Shown here: positions 1 through 14,339 of the stretch, piece by piece
How the letters are laid out: every line of letters starts with the position of its first letter
How positions within the stretch are numbered: position 1 is the stretch's first letter
Source: the human T2T-CHM13v2.0 reference genome, Homo sapiens
Reading direction: 5' to 3' (one strand)
Length of the DNA: 64,000 bases
NCBI RefSeq assembly: GCF_009914755.1
Contig: NC_060927.1
The notes under the pieces: generated by a model
The model's input: the letters and a program-made list of their open reading frames with translations, nothing else
Told to the model about the DNA's origin: nothing
The model's database searches: none
Translations under genes and position numbers: made by a program

Positions 1-347
1 CCTGTTGGAACACCCCTTCATGGAACCCAGCTACTGTGCTGCAAGGAAGCCCAATTAGCCATGTGAGAAACCAAACTGGATAACTGAGGCCTCCAACCAG
101 CAGCCCCAGCTGAGCTCCCAGCTGACAGCCAGCACTAATTGACATTTATGTGAGTGAAGCCATTTAGGGCCTTCTAACAATCCCAATGCCCCCAGCCAAC
201 CTTAGTTTAGTATACACACACCTTACCCCAGCCAAACCCAGTGAAGTATTCACACACCGGATCAACCCACAGAATTGTGAGAAATAGCAAACTGTTTTGT
301 TCAAAGTCCCTAAGCTTTAGAGTGGTTTTATGCAGTAATAGTTAACC
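1..347 (+). mobile_element. MLT1 (MaLR) LTR, 3' part, truncated by window start
   Basis: MLT1-type motifs (ccagcagccccagctgagctcccagctgacagccagc; gaattgtgagaaata...tatgcagtaatag); degenerate ~36-bp internal duplication at 190-260. Confidence 0.7.
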
Positions 348-1289
348 TTGCAAGGGACAGTAAATAGATTACACTGAATGCATCATATTCAGCCTTATAG
401 AACTTCAGAATCAGATACAGATAGCAAGGGCTGTAGGCCTATGAAAATTGAAAATGAAATTTTCATTTTACTTGATAATTGTTTCTTTGGAGAATCAATA
501 GAAGAGAAATCCTTTCTATCCCAGTGACAGGCAGCCGAGGCCACACTTGACCCTATCGTGGTGGTGGTGATTTAGGGAGAGACTGCAGGCATAGAAAGGC
601 AGGGAAGGGAGGGAACCGGAGTCAATTCATGTGTCGATAGGGAACATTAAGTCTGTGACATTTTGCTCAGAAGGTTCAGAATTTGGCATTGTTGTTTCCT
701 ATAGAATGAGGGAAGTTCACATGGATATTATTTATTATTCGGATGCTAATTCTTTGAACGGTGAAATGAAAAACCTCCTGCTTTCTCTCTCCCCTTTCCT
801 TTCACTTTCTGCTTCTCTTTGCTTTGCTCACACTTTTCCTTTTTTCCTTCTTTTCAAAGAGAAGAAACAACAACAATGTCCAAACCTGTTTTTGTGCTCC
901 AGCCTGAAATTCAGATTTGGTCTTTACCCAAAGTCAATATTTTGGGAGAAGTTTGAACTAAGTCATTCATGCAATCTTGCGTTTCAAGTATGAAAAATCC
1001 CCACAGTTTTCTACTTAAAAGGAAATAAAAAGTCTGAAAGCGATGTACCAAAAATCTATCAAACACTGGAAGCTGTCAACTTCAAACCTGGCAGGAAAAA
1101 ATAATCACCAAAGGCGGAAATTCAAGTCAAGTGTGAGTAGAGTGGCCAAAGCTTGTAATGTGTCAAAGGCACGTAGACCAGAGCTCACGCAGGGTATTCG
1201 CAGGTGAAACCCTGCACTGCAACTGACCTGTCACTATGCAGGAACCTCTAGACAGGGGCCTCTTGTTTGGATAATTGTGGCGATCTCAG

Positions 1290-1872
1290 TTAATTGGTCT
1301 CCCTGATTCAAGTCTATACCTTTTTAAAATCACAAATCTGATCAGGTCATTTTTCTGTTTACAAATTTCAGTGACTGCCCATTGTCCTAAGGATAAATCA
1401 ATACTTCTCAGCAGGCCTTAAGAGTTGACAGGCATGATCCAGCTATGATTCCCTCTCTGGCCACATCTCTGGTCACACCCAGACTCACACCCCTTTCCCC
1501 AGTCACGCTGAGCTCCATGGTGTTCCAAGAATGTTCATTGCTCTCCAGCTTAAGTCTTTGTACATGTTGTTCTTTCTCCTGGAACCGCACCTCATTCTCA
1601 ACTCTTATTTGTCCAGCAAGAATCATTTCAGATGTCACCTCTTCCAGGAAGGACTAGGAATATCCCATCTGAATTCCCACAGTATCTGGGAATTTGTCAT
1701 GTTGTGTAATAATGGTCAGCTTACATGTATATATCTGTCAGTAAACTATTAACTCCCTAAGGGCAGTTGCCATGCTATATTTAATTTTTTTAATTCTTAA
1801 AACCTAACACATAGTGCTTGGCATATAATAGATGCTCAATAAACCAATGTGAATAAAAAAATAAATGAATGT
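1290..1872 (+). mobile_element. L2 LINE 3' end
   Basis: L2 3' motifs ending agtgcttggcatataatagatgctcaataaa...aaatgaatg. Confidence 0.7.
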
Positions 1873-2555
1873 CCCTGAACCCTACCTACATTTTTGCATC
1901 ATGGGAAGAAACCAGAGGGATATAGGGTAGCAGGGCTTTGAGGTGACCACACAGTTGAGACGCTGAGACCTGAAAACAATTTTATGACCATGTCATAATT
2001 TTGCCAAGAATTAATTCTTCCCTAAAAAATGTCTCCTATGAGAACCTACATCCACAGCCATGCAACATGACAGTGTTCTTGTTTTTTGAAGTCTTGTTAC
2101 AATGGACTCTGTCACAGAGGCCTGGAATTTAGTCATTTAATTAACAAAGATATTTTGAGCTTCAACTGTGCCAGGCCCTGTACATATAGAAACATGAAGA
2201 CAACATGACTTGTTTTCCTCAAGGAGCTTATACTGTAGTGGACAATGGGTAACAGGGTTTGGTTTTGATTTGATGCTACTCTGGGGGAGGGCTGCCTCAT
2301 TTACTGGGAACTCAGCGGACCAACGTTAATTCTGCTCTAAAAAATGCTTAAATTTTTTTTCTAGGAGAAAAAAAATGAATAAAGCTCACCCAAGAGAATA
2401 AATGTAGATGACATATCTCATCATGGAAACAAAACCTTTTTTTTCTTTTTTAAAAAAATGATACATTGACAAATAAATAAGACACCGGAGGCAGATACTT
2501 AGAAATCAGGAAATTCAACCTGTGTGCTTCTGATGTAACTCAGTCACAAGGATGA

Positions 2556-2936
<381 letters not shown>

Positions 2937-3314
2937 AAAATGTCCTTGAGTGAGATGTGTAGTAAGGGAATGGGAGATGGTGAGAGCCTAAAATGGGTCT
3001 TTGGTTCTCTAGGCCAAACCCAGAACTGATGCTGGGAAGGATTTCAATATGTAAACAACATCAATGACTGGACCTATGTCAACGGATCACAGGAATATAG
3101 GATGGATGTCACACAGCAGAATTTGACCTAAAGTGATTGCAAGGAGAGCAGGAAAATATGCTCCAAATTCTTCTCTGAATGTCATCCACCTAATCAACTA
3201 TCCAATCTGAAATATCCACTCACTTTTGCATTTCTTCTCAAAGTTAAACTTCTGATATCTAGAAATATACTTAAAAGGGGAACCTCAGGAGAGCTATTTG
3301 CTTTTTAATAATAT

Positions 3315-3773
3315 TGTAAATTATTGACTCTAATTATTTCCTCCCTCTGTCCACACCCTTTGCCATCTATATTTACTATCTATATTTGTACTTCCCTGAC
3401 CTAGACTTGTGCTTTAGCCAATGGAATGTGAGTGAAAGTGATAATATGGCAAAGTTTTGGGTCTGTCTTAAGTGACAGTACTTGATTCTGTTTGCCTGTC
3501 TTGTATCTCTACCATTACCATGAGAAGAGCTTGTCCTGGGAAGCTCCTGCCTCCTAGCAATGATGAACACACATGGAGTAGACATGAGCCCCAAATCAGT
3601 GAGGAGCCAAGCCCAGCTGTACCTTCAACTTGCTTCAGAGATACCTAGCTGATGCTAGACTAGATTAACAGAACCACACCCAACCTTTGAACACACAAGC
3701 AAGAATTAATGATTGTTGTTTAAGTCACCGAGTTTTGGGTTGATTTGTTACCCAGCAATAAATGGCTGCTACA
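3315..3773 (+). mobile_element. Old MLT1 LTR (MLT1J/K-like)
   Basis: gctttagccaatggaatgtgagtgaaagtga core; 3' end agttttgggttgatttgttacccagcaata...aca. Confidence 0.65.
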
Positions 3774-4199
3774 AATAATAATAATAATAATAGCCAATTT
3801 GCCTATGACTTGACCAGGATCATTCAGCTAGTGACCAGTGCAGATGGAATTCAAATCTGCCTCTAAATTCCATACTCTTAATCACTTCCTTATATGATCT
3901 TGAGAAATAAACCTAGTTAATACTTAGGTGAGTTATTTTCAGGCAGAAATTTTTATCCTGGAATTAAGACAATATGAGAAAAGACATACATTTCTTTTCA
4001 CATGGATTACAGGGAAGAGGAGAGCTATAGTCATACCAGAATAATTCACTCATAAGAAAATTCAGTCAGGGCCCCCAGATCTGACAGAGAGGGAACAGCA
4101 TATTAAAACAGAAAACTAGAAGAAAGCAGGATTCAGGATTTAAAAATAGCAGGCCATAAAAAGTACAGATGAAGGGCTGCCCAGTATGACCACTATCAT

Positions 4200-4382
4200 G
4201 CTAGAATTTGTCTGCCTCTTACTATCTTTGTGGTCTTCTCTGTGCCTTAGCTTTTCATCTATGAAATAGGAATAATGAAAGTAACTACTTCATCAGGCTG
4301 TTCAGAGGATTGAATGAGTTGGTGTGTGTCAAGTGCTGGGAAGAGTGTCTGGCACATTGTAAGCAGTGTATGCGTGTTAGCT
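4200..4382 (+). mobile_element. MIR
   Basis: MIR core tctgtgccttagcttttcatctatgaaataggaataatg. Confidence 0.7.
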
Positions 4383-4446
4383 TAGTGGTGCCTCTAGAAG
4401 GGAGCACCATACTTAACTATCTGCCTGGTATTTCTGACTCCACCAC

Positions 4447-5095
4447 TGTGATGGTTTTGTATTGTGTCAACTTAGCTACTAGAACTACATTTCCCAGAAT
4501 TCCTTCCCCTGTATGGTCTAGATTAGGAGTGCCATGTGAGGAATCTGCGTGAGATTTGGAAGGTGAATGTGGAGCATCAGCCATCACTGTCTGGAGGTCG
4601 GTGTCGGACACAAGGGGCTGCTGCAGTCTTCACTCATCACGGACCTACACAGGGCAGCAGCTGGGCCTGCACCTCCTCTCCTCCTTCTGGACCTCCTCCT
4701 GTAGCTGCTCTGGCCAGGAGTGTGTGTCACTCCATGATGGAGGATCCCAGCTTGCGGGTCACCGATGTGGTTGAGATTGAGATGGTAGAAGACAGATATG
4801 ACTTGCAGTTGGTCCCTGTGGATTTCAGTTGGTCCTTATGGATTCCTCTTTGTCTTCACAGATTTTCGTTTTCCTTGCTTTTTTGCACTTCATGCCCAGC
4901 TTTCCATCCAAACAGCCTGGCCTGCTGACCCATAGCAACTTCAGGATTGGCCCACCAAATGCAGAGGGAACAGCCTTGCACAGACATCTCCACCAGCTCC
5001 CATCATGACTCCAGGTCCAATCTCTATTGCAAATCTGTGTTTTTCTACATCATTCATCGTGGTCATGCTTCCTTGATTGAACCTTGCCTGATACA
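4447..5095 (+). mobile_element. ERVL solo LTR (LTR41/LTR52-like)
   Basis: TG...CA termini (tgtgatggttttgtattgtgtcaac ... cctgataca); agaactacatttcccagaat motif typical of ERVL LTRs; subfamily uncertain. Confidence 0.6.
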
Positions 5096-6399
5096 TCCCC
5101 CACCACATTGCTCTGTGAGTTGGATATAAGACAGTGGTACCACTGAAAGCTCAAGGTTCTTTTTAACACATTTTGCATTTACTATAACTCTAAGCATTTT
5201 GGCTCCCAACTGCCACCCTTTGCCTTCTCTCTATTTCCCCAGAACTTCTCTGTGGGAGGACTTTGAGCAATAAGGAAAGAGTATTGACTGCTGAAATTCC
5301 ACAGAAAAAATATCCAATTTCTTTCTTCAGCACAGTGATGGGTGGGGTTAACCACAGATTTGTCATCAGATTTTAAAATCAAAGCAGTAAGATTTTCCTA
5401 AAAATAAATGAAAAAGAAAAAGAATTCTATTTACCTCAATATTGCTATTTTCACAATTTCCTAGAACAAGTTGTACGGAGTAATACAAATGCTAAGAAGG
5501 TGGGTCCAAATGAAATACAGAATTCATAATAAGAGGATGTTGTTACTCAGAAGAAGGACAACCCAGTGTGCTTTGAGATGGTATTGCAGCAATGAAAACA
5601 AGCTCAATGTCCATGTCAGATAAACAATTGTCGTCACAGCTCTGGAAGTTTGGGAAGTGACTCATCTTCAGGAATGGGCAGTGAGTGAAGACAACTGTTT
5701 ACCTCAGCCCTTTGGTGGTTGACACAAACATTCTTTTCTTCCCCTGTGACTTGGCCACTGGGAGATGCTGTTGCAGCCACGTGCATCGGCACCCCAGCTT
5801 CCACCACATAGATGCTCACCTCTCCTGCCCCGTGATGCCTTACACTCTCTGCCCTCAGGTTCTTACTGTCCTTAGGGGTGGAAAATCTCTAAAATCAGTG
5901 GATTTCCTGGTAAATGGGGGAGAAAATAATTCAGGAAGCCTCTCCTTGCAAGGAGGGACCATTGTTAGGAACTTTTGGTCTGAGATGCTATGGCTGAGTC
6001 CAGGGGGGCAACAAAGAACAGACCAGTTCCAAACTCGATCAGCTAGCAAAAAAAAAAAAAAAGAAAAAAAAGAAAGGGACTAAAGGGGGTGTAGAGACTC
6101 TGGTGGAGGCAGGGCAGAGCCAAAATCAGGGAGAGGATCCTCCCCTGTCAGTGGGAGGTAGTGATTGCTGGAGTCAGGGCCACAGCAAGGTCAGGGATGG
6201 AGGAATGGAGAATTCATGCAGGAGAAGCTTGGCTGGAGCTGCAGTGAATCAGAGGGTGCATCACCAGCAGGGCTCTGGCTAGCTGCACTGTTGTCTTTTT
6301 CTGCTTTATCTGAGTTGTTTCATTACCAGGACCCAGAATTTCTACTGCTATAGCCATAGAGGGCTGACTGCTCAGGAAGCAGGGTGGCAGTGGAGGCAT

Positions 6400-7420
6400 G
6401 TCATCCAGAGAAGTGCACATCCTTGCACCAGGACACATGAACAACAATGTTCACAGTGGCATTGCTCATAATAGCTCCAAATGAGAAACTAACCAAACGA
6501 CATCAACGTCAGAATGGATCAAGAAATGGTGGTATATTTATAAGTAAACTGCAGCTGTTTATACAGTGGAATACTATATTCATTTCCTAGGGCTGCCATA
6601 ACAAATTAGTACAAACTGTGTGGCTTAAAATAACAGGAATTTATCATTTCACAATTGAGGAGGCTAGAAGTGTAAAATCAAGGTATCAGGAGGGTTGGTT
6701 CCTTCTGGAGGTTCTCGGGGAGAATCTGCTCCATGCCTGTCTCCCAGCTTCTGGTCTTTGCCTGCAATCCTTGGCATTCCCTGGCTTGTAGCTGTCATCA
6801 CTCCCATCTCTGCCCCCATCTTCACATGGTACTCTCCCTGTTTCTCTCAATGTCTTCACATGAACATCTTATAAAGACAACAGTCATCAGATTAAGGGCC
6901 CCCCAATCCGGTATGAATCATTTTAACTGATTACATCTGCAAAGGTCCTGTTTCCAAATGAGGTCACTTTCTGAGGTTCTATGTGGATGTGAACTTTTTG
7001 GGGGACACAATTCAATGAGTGCAAATACTATACAGCCATGAAAATGAATGAACTACGGCTGCATGCAACATGGCTGAAACACAGACAAAATATTCAGGAA
7101 AAAAAGTTACACACAAAAGAGTATGCACTGTGGTGTTACACTGTAAAACTCAAAGTTAGGAAAAGTTAAACCATAGTGCTTAGGAATGCATAGTTTGGTG
7201 ATATATAGGATATATGTATCATATTATAATGAAAAACAAGTAAATGATTCCCATAAAAGTCAGGATATTGGTTACTTTTAGAAGGGAAAGGAGTATGAGA
7301 GGGGGTTCCTGGGATGCTGGAATGTTCTCTTTTTTGACATGGCTGGTGGTTGCAAGACTGTTTTTTGATATTCCATGAAGCAGTTTTATTTTCTGTATGC
7401 CTGCTGTTTTTCACAATAGA
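6400..7420 (+). mobile_element. Old L1 (L1ME/MC-like) 3' region, interrupted by MLT1 at 6575-7023
   Basis: aatgttcacagtggcattgctcataatagc ... ggaatac|tatacagccatgaaaatgaatgaacta rejoins across the LTR. Confidence 0.7.
6575..7023 (-). mobile_element. MLT1C-like solo LTR
   Basis: ttcctagggctgccataacaaat...; 5-bp TSD AATAC at 6570-6574 and 7024-7028. Confidence 0.85.
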
Positions 7421-7424
7421 GCAT

Positions 7425-7560
7425 GGGGGTGTCAGAACTGGAACCTGCTGTTCCAGGTTCTGGCACCAGCTGCTGGGTCTTGGGTAAGTTGCCTCCCTGG
7501 ACCTCGGTTTTCTCATCTATAAAATGAGATGGTTGGAGATGATGCCCTCCAAGCTCATTA
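7425..7560 (+). mobile_element. MIR fragment
   Basis: ttgggtaagttgcct...ctcggttttctcatctataaaatgag. Confidence 0.6.
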
Positions 7561-7659
7561 AAATATAACTCATTTAATTCTCCAGGCATTTCTCGAGGAG
7601 AGGAGACCCCCAACATTATGTTTACAAAAAAGGAAACTCTTGAGAGAGGCTCCATAGCA

Positions 7660-7890
7660 TTAGAGTTAGACTTTGAAACCAGAACTTAGAGTTGAGTCTT
7701 AGCTCTGCCTTCTTTCTAGAAGGGGCCATGGACAGATTACTTTAACATTCTGGGCTGCAGTTTTCTTAGGCACAAAATGGGTGTAGTGAAAAGAACCTTC
7801 CTTACAGAATTGATGAGAAGATGAAAAGAAATGATGTACACAAAATGCCTGGCTCAGCACCTGGGATCTAGTAAGCCACTCGCTGGTTAC
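7660..7890 (+). mobile_element. MIR
   Basis: Degenerate MIR core and 3' end (cagcacctgggatctagtaagccactc). Confidence 0.6.
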
Positions 7891-8428
7891 TGGCATCTTG
7901 CTAACCGACAAAAGCCAAACAAATCAGATGAATTCAACAAATTGTTCTTAAATACCTATTGTGGAGCCAAGGGTGTTCACAGAATATGATCTCCTTTTAT
8001 CTTCACCTCAATGCTGTGATGTTGCTTATCCTTCTGAGTTTTTATAGATAACACATTGGGACTAAGAAAGAGGGAGGAAGTAATATGGTCAAAGCCGCTC
8101 CTTAGAAAGATTTCTCTGGCAGCTGTGGGGACAGAGTAGAGGGAAGACAGAATGATGGTGAGGAGACCTGTCAATGGCAACGGTTCAGACAAGTTGTGGG
8201 GAGGGCTCGAACAAGGGCAGAAGCCAGGCTGCAGGTGGCATGAGGCAGTGTCACATCAGTCTCACTCACTACTGTGGCCAAGTCTCCTTAAATGTTTGCT
8301 GAGTGAATGGATGACTGAATGGTGTCTCTGACAGAGACATATGGATGAAGGAGATAGAGGTAAAGTGCAGGGAGGACCCATTGATGACAAAGGGGTTTCC
8401 AGATCAGTCTGTCACGGGGAGCAATTCA

Positions 8429-8712
<284 letters not shown>

Positions 8713-9243
8713 CTTGAGTTGTAGAGCCTGGACTAGAGCCAGCCTCATGTTCCCTTTACCACTTGCCCTTGGAGGGAGAGATGCACAGGTTAAGAGCATC
8801 TTATTCCGTCTTTTCTTTCTTTTCTGGGCCAGCACCCTTGAAGCAGCAGGAAGAGTGTCTAGAGCCAGGATGTGCACTTCCAGATGCCTGCCTTACCCTT
8901 CAGCTCCCAGCTCCGCCTTGGTGTGAAAGGAAAGGCCAGCTGGCACCATCAATAGCTAGCTTGTCAGCAGCAAAACAACCATCCCATTGATCAAGGAGGC
9001 TGATTTTCTGCCAAACACTGGGAAGGCTTCAGTGCACTTTCTGGTCAATCCCAACTGGATTCTGGGATAGCAGTTCCTGCTAGCTTCTTCCCTCCCTGTT
9101 TATTTGGTTCTATAAATGTGGAGGGCATCCATTTGAAATCTGGGTACCCAGATCTGGATGGGCTGTCAGGCTGGACTGAAGGAGTCCACTTCAAAGATCA
9201 TCCTTCATGGCTGGAGGGAAACTGAATAAAAAAGTTGAGATCT

Positions 9244-9557
<314 letters not shown>

Positions 9558-10159
9558 CTAGTCTCTGATGGAGGCTTTGGGGCACAAGACAGGGCTCATG
9601 TGGTTGGCTGACCCTCCTTCTCAGCCCCCATACTTCCTAGGCATGTCGCTTCTGCTTGGATGTCCAGAAATTTGTAAAGCACTCTTTCAGGACTGTGTTC
9701 AGACACGCTAGGGAGGCCTGTGGGATGCTGCTTTCATGTGTGCTCTTGGGGTGCAGCGATGGGTTGGAGGGCGGTGCTGACACTTCCCCTGATGAAATGG
9801 CCCCCTTGCCTGGAGAGAGCTCCTTTCCTTAGCTCTGGCAGGGGTATGTTTTTCCATCCTCCTTGGTGTGAACTCCTGGAGTTAGTTTTGTGTCACTTTG
9901 GATCTTAGTGAAGCAATGTGCAAGGGGAAGATTAATGGAAAAACTCTCCTCCCAACTGCCTGGAAAATATTTTCCCCTTTTCAGCATGAAAACTAAGAGG
10001 AGTGTCAGCTGAATGGTCTGAAGAGAAGAGGAAGTTGCTGTTCCCTGTGTTAGCTCAGGCCCCTGCTCTGCCCTTTTTGCTGGGTCTCTCTCATGAGTAG
10101 GACTTTACTTTTTTTTCTCTAAGGATCTCTGTTGGACCTCAGAGGTATGAAATCTGTCA

Positions 10160-10355
10160 GCAACTGACTTCTGTTCAGCGCCCATCCTGTGCACGTCCTA
10201 GGCAGGCTGCTGTCTTGACATCTGATATGTGGGACAACCCTGCAAGGAAGATTAAAGTAACTCTACAGATAAGGAAACTGAGGCTCAGGGAATTAATTAT
10301 CTTCCTGGAGGTCACATAGCAGCTAAATGATGAAGCTGAAATTCAGATCTATTCT
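10160..10355 (-). mobile_element. MIR
   Basis: tacagataaggaaactgaggctcagg...ggtcacatagc. Confidence 0.7.
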
Positions 10356-11409
10356 CTGTGGGTTCTTCCTGTAATGCTGCATGATGTCAGTTCCTGGCAT
10401 AGCGCCTGGCACACTGCAAAGCTCACATGTGTTGAGAGAATGAAAGAAGAAAGGAGCCAGTGAATGGAGGCCTCTTCAGGCTCCCATGAGCTGAGTTGAC
10501 TTCATTTTAACATTTTTACTTCTTGTGAGGCCTTCTCCTCACAATGCCTTTATTTCCCAATCAGGAGAACTGATGGGAAAATGCTTGTTCCTGCCTGTGA
10601 CTTTGGTTGGTGATCTAGGGAAGGTTGTGAGGCAACAAGGAGGGCTTATAAGATAGAATAGTGAAACCACTTAGCTGATAGTGTGACCTCATGAAGGATA
10701 CCTAACATCTCTGAATCAACACAAAAGGCAAGAGCAGTCCCTTCACCTTGGTATTTTTGTAAAGATTAAATGAATGTGTGAATGGATGCATATAGTAAAT
10801 AAATAATTAAATGCAAAGATTTGATACTAGAGGTATTTAGTAAAGCCTCTGGTACGTGGTGGTGCTTATTCATCATTTTGTTTTGGTTTATTTTAAAAAC
10901 TTTAATTCAGGGAGTCTTGTGCCTGGGGGAGGGGAGGCATCTCGTGTATGGACATTTTGCTTGGCAGTGCATTTGTCCGGGAATTGGTCCACAGCATTTA
11001 TTTGATTCTCAAAAAAGGGTTCATGACCCCCAAATGTTTAAGAACCACTGCAGTTGAATTTGATTTTTGACCCATGGTTAAAAGCCACTGAACTAAGAAT
11101 ATATTGTGTCTGCATGTTCTTGGAATTATGCTGGGGGCTATTCAAAGCAAAACAAAGAGAACATGAGGAATCTTTGCCTTTTCACAATTTAAATATGGTC
11201 AAACTTGTAAGTGGAGGCACTGACAGAGTTATGCTCATTGAAAGGAGATGATGCATTGACTGAATTAGGTACATATATAGATAAATATCAGAAATGATGT
11301 GTGAGGGGAGAATGCAGAAAAATAGTTAAATATTCACTAATAGTGTTAAAGCAATAGATATTAGTTTTTCTATTTTAACTTTTCTTCCAAGAGTATATCT
11401 AATAGCCAG

Positions 11410-11910
11410 CTATTATTGCACACTTACTAGCATCAGGTAGTGGGTTGTTTGTTCTAAATGTTTGATCCTGTTTAATTCTTATGACCACACTATGAAGTAG
11501 ATACAAGCACAGCTATCCCTCCATATCCATGGGGAATTTGTTCCAGCACTCCCCATGGATACCAAAATGTATGAACACCCAAGTACCTTATGTAAAATAA
11601 CACAGTATTTGCATACAACCTACATACATCCTCCTGTGTACTTTAAATCATCTCTAGATTACTTATAATACCTAAAACAATGCTTACATGAACTCAACAT
11701 AGTATTCAACATGCAGCAAACTCAAGTTTTGCTCTTAGAACTTTGCAGAATTTTTTTTTCCCTAATATTTTCCATCTGTGGTTGATTGAATCCATGGATG
11801 TAAAACCCATGGATGCAGACGGCCAACTGTATTATCTCTATTTTATTTCTGAGGAAGCTGTGATTCAGAGAAGTTAGATGACTTGCCTAGGGTTACACAG
11901 CTAGTCAATG
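11410..11910 (-). mobile_element. MIR interrupted by MER2B
   Basis: MIR halves flank 11510-11829; right half gaggaagctgtgattcagagaagttagatgacttgcctagggttacacagc. Confidence 0.6.
11510..11829 (+). mobile_element. MER2B (TcMar-Tigger non-autonomous DNA transposon)
   Basis: Terminal inverted ends cagctatccctccatatcc / ggatgcagacggccaactg followed by TA; internal tactttaaatcatctctagattacttataatacc. Confidence 0.85.
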
Positions 11911-11998
11911 GAAATTCTCAAAATCATGAGTTGTCCTGGGACTTATCTTTGAAAATGTCTTTATTCCTTTGGCATCTTTCTCAACCCAGAGTAGTGAG

Positions 11999-12830
11999 TG
12001 TATCAGTTAAGATGCTTTTGGCTAAAAGTAACAGAAATCCTCAGCTCAAGCTGTATCTTAAAAACAGGGAATTTTATTTTGCCATATAACAGAGAACAGA
12101 GGTTCAGCGGACTTCAGGTAGGACATACGTAAGCTCTGCTCCATTTCTTTCTAGATTCTTTCCACCTCTTTGTGCTAGCATTGACCACAGAGGTGAGCAA
12201 GTTGTCTGAGGCACACTTAGCAATGTCTAGACGAAGAGTTGGGGATGGTCTCATCTTGTGTCTCCATAGGAAGAAGAAGATAGTTCCCAGATGACTCAGG
12301 AAAATTTTCCTCGTATTCTGTTGCCAGAACATGGACACATACCCATTCCTGAACCAATAACTGCCGAGGGGTATGTGCTGTGGTTTGAATGTGTTTCTCA
12401 AAAAGCGTATGTTGAAAACGTAATTCCCAGTGTGACAGTGTTGGGAGGTGGGGCCTGGTAAGAGATGATTAGGCCACGAGGGTGGAGTGAATGGATTAAT
12501 GTAGTCATTACAGGAGTGGGTTTGTTATAGAAAGGGAAGTTCAGCCCCTTTTTACTCTCTCTCTCTCTCTCTTTGCTTTTATGCCATATGATGCTTTCTG
12601 CCATGTTATGACACAGCAAGAAGGCCCTTGTCAGAAGCCTTCCCCTTGATCTTGGACTTTCAAGTCTCCAGAACAGTGAGAAATAAATTTCTGTTCATTA
12701 TAGCTATACCAGTCTATGGTATTCTCTTATAGCAGCACAAAACAGACTAAACAGGCTTGGGATTGCCATGACAGGTTTATTAACCGGGTAGGGGTTGAAT
12801 GAATATTGGAGAGTCAACCCTACAAAGTAG
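11999..12830 (-). mobile_element. Old MLT1 LTR interrupted by MST
   Basis: tgtatcagttaagatgcttttggct...agtaacagaaa start; continues after 12753. Confidence 0.55.
12376..12753 (+). mobile_element. MSTD/MSTC solo LTR
   Basis: tgctgtggtttgaatgtg ... gcagcacaaaacagactaaaca. Confidence 0.8.
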
Positions 12831-13049
12831 GAGACCTTCAAAACAAGAAATTTGGGGGGTGCTGATCTAGTTCCTTGGCCTTTCCTAAATTGTGCCACAG
12901 TTTCTTCATTTGTATAACAACTATAATAGCATCTACCTCATGAGCTGTCCTAAGGATTAAATGAGATGATATTTGTCCAGGTGATATTTGTTTTTCTTTT
13001 TGGTAAGGTACCCAAATGTTACCACAAGGAAACTGGATAGTTTGTTAGG

Positions 13050-13790
13050 ATGGTTGAAAGAAGTGCCCTGTCCTCTCTCTGTGCTAAGGTGTGCATGTGA
13101 CTCAGGATAAGTCAGTTAGACTCTTTTTATGGAAATTTAAATGTTCGGTAGAGAGGAAAAAACATTTAAAATGGTTGGAGTTGATTCATCCTGTGGGGGG
13201 CAGGCTGAAGAGGCCAGAGGCCAGCACTCAATTTCTTCTCCGAGAGTCCCAGTACTACTGTGAGTCCTGTCCTCTCACCATTCTGTGGGCCTTAGCTTGG
13301 GTTCCCTAGAAACAGAGCCTGAGGGAAATTCTTGTCACATGATTTATTGATGCCCTTGAAAGAAATCATAAAAAAGTGAGGGAAACAGAATAGGATGGGG
13401 GAAAGAGCTGAATAAAGATGTTATCTTAGCTGGAGTCTGGCCTTAGCCTAAGAGTCTGTGAGTTATGAATTGCACACCAGAGTAAGTTCTGCCTTCAGGC
13501 AAAGTGGTTGGCTTTTTAAATCTCCCATATCAATCCAATGGGAAGTGGAGGGTAATCCCCCAGATGAGTGGACTCTTGTTGGCAGAGGGCAATTTGCTGG
13601 AGAAGGGGGCAGTTATGCACTGTTTGTAACCAATGCTCACAGCAGCTGGTGGGTGAGTGCACCAAAGGTAAGAAGGATCTTGGTGGAGCACCAATAGCAA
13701 CTATTAAAATTCCCAGTGTCTCCTTTCCTGCCTACATTAGCCAGAATCTGTTTCTGTGGCTTGTGATCAAAGTGCCCTGACTAATGCATT
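13050..13790. mobile_element. Nested old ERVL LTR fragments (LTR16-like minus at ~13283-13700 inside another LTR)
   Basis: ttagcttgggttccctagaaacagagcctgag start; outer end ccctgactaatgca. Confidence 0.5.
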
Positions 13791-14339
13791 CTGTAAAATG
13801 CTGGTAGTTATTATTATTATTGATACAATTGCATTATTATTATGAGCCACTACTCCCCAAATCTGCTGAGAGATTATGTAGCTTCTACAGAATGAGGGAT
13901 GAAGAGCCTTCTATAAAGCTTGTGTAAAATATATAATTGGTTCAGCATCAGACTACTCTTTTTAAGGGAAAAATTACAGAGAAAGTATGAAGTGTTTGGA
14001 GTCGGTTTCTCAAAATTCCACTGATTTTTAATTAGAAAGAAAAATAGAACTGTGAAAGGAGACTGAGTAAGCTTTGACTCTGAAACAACCCCCCTCAAGT
14101 CCCCTCTCATACATAATTTAATTAAATGATAGAATTTATTCTTTTAAGTGGAGAGTTAGTATCTGTTTGAATTCTGATCAAACAGTGGTACCCTGGACCT
14201 CATGCCCAAGGAAGACAGAAATTGAAATATAAATTTTATTTTATTTGATGCCTGAGGTACATAATCTACTCTGCAAATACGTTATTTGAAATTTCCAAAG
14301 TTTCCCTTACCAGATATTGCTTTTTTCCCCTGTCTGTGT

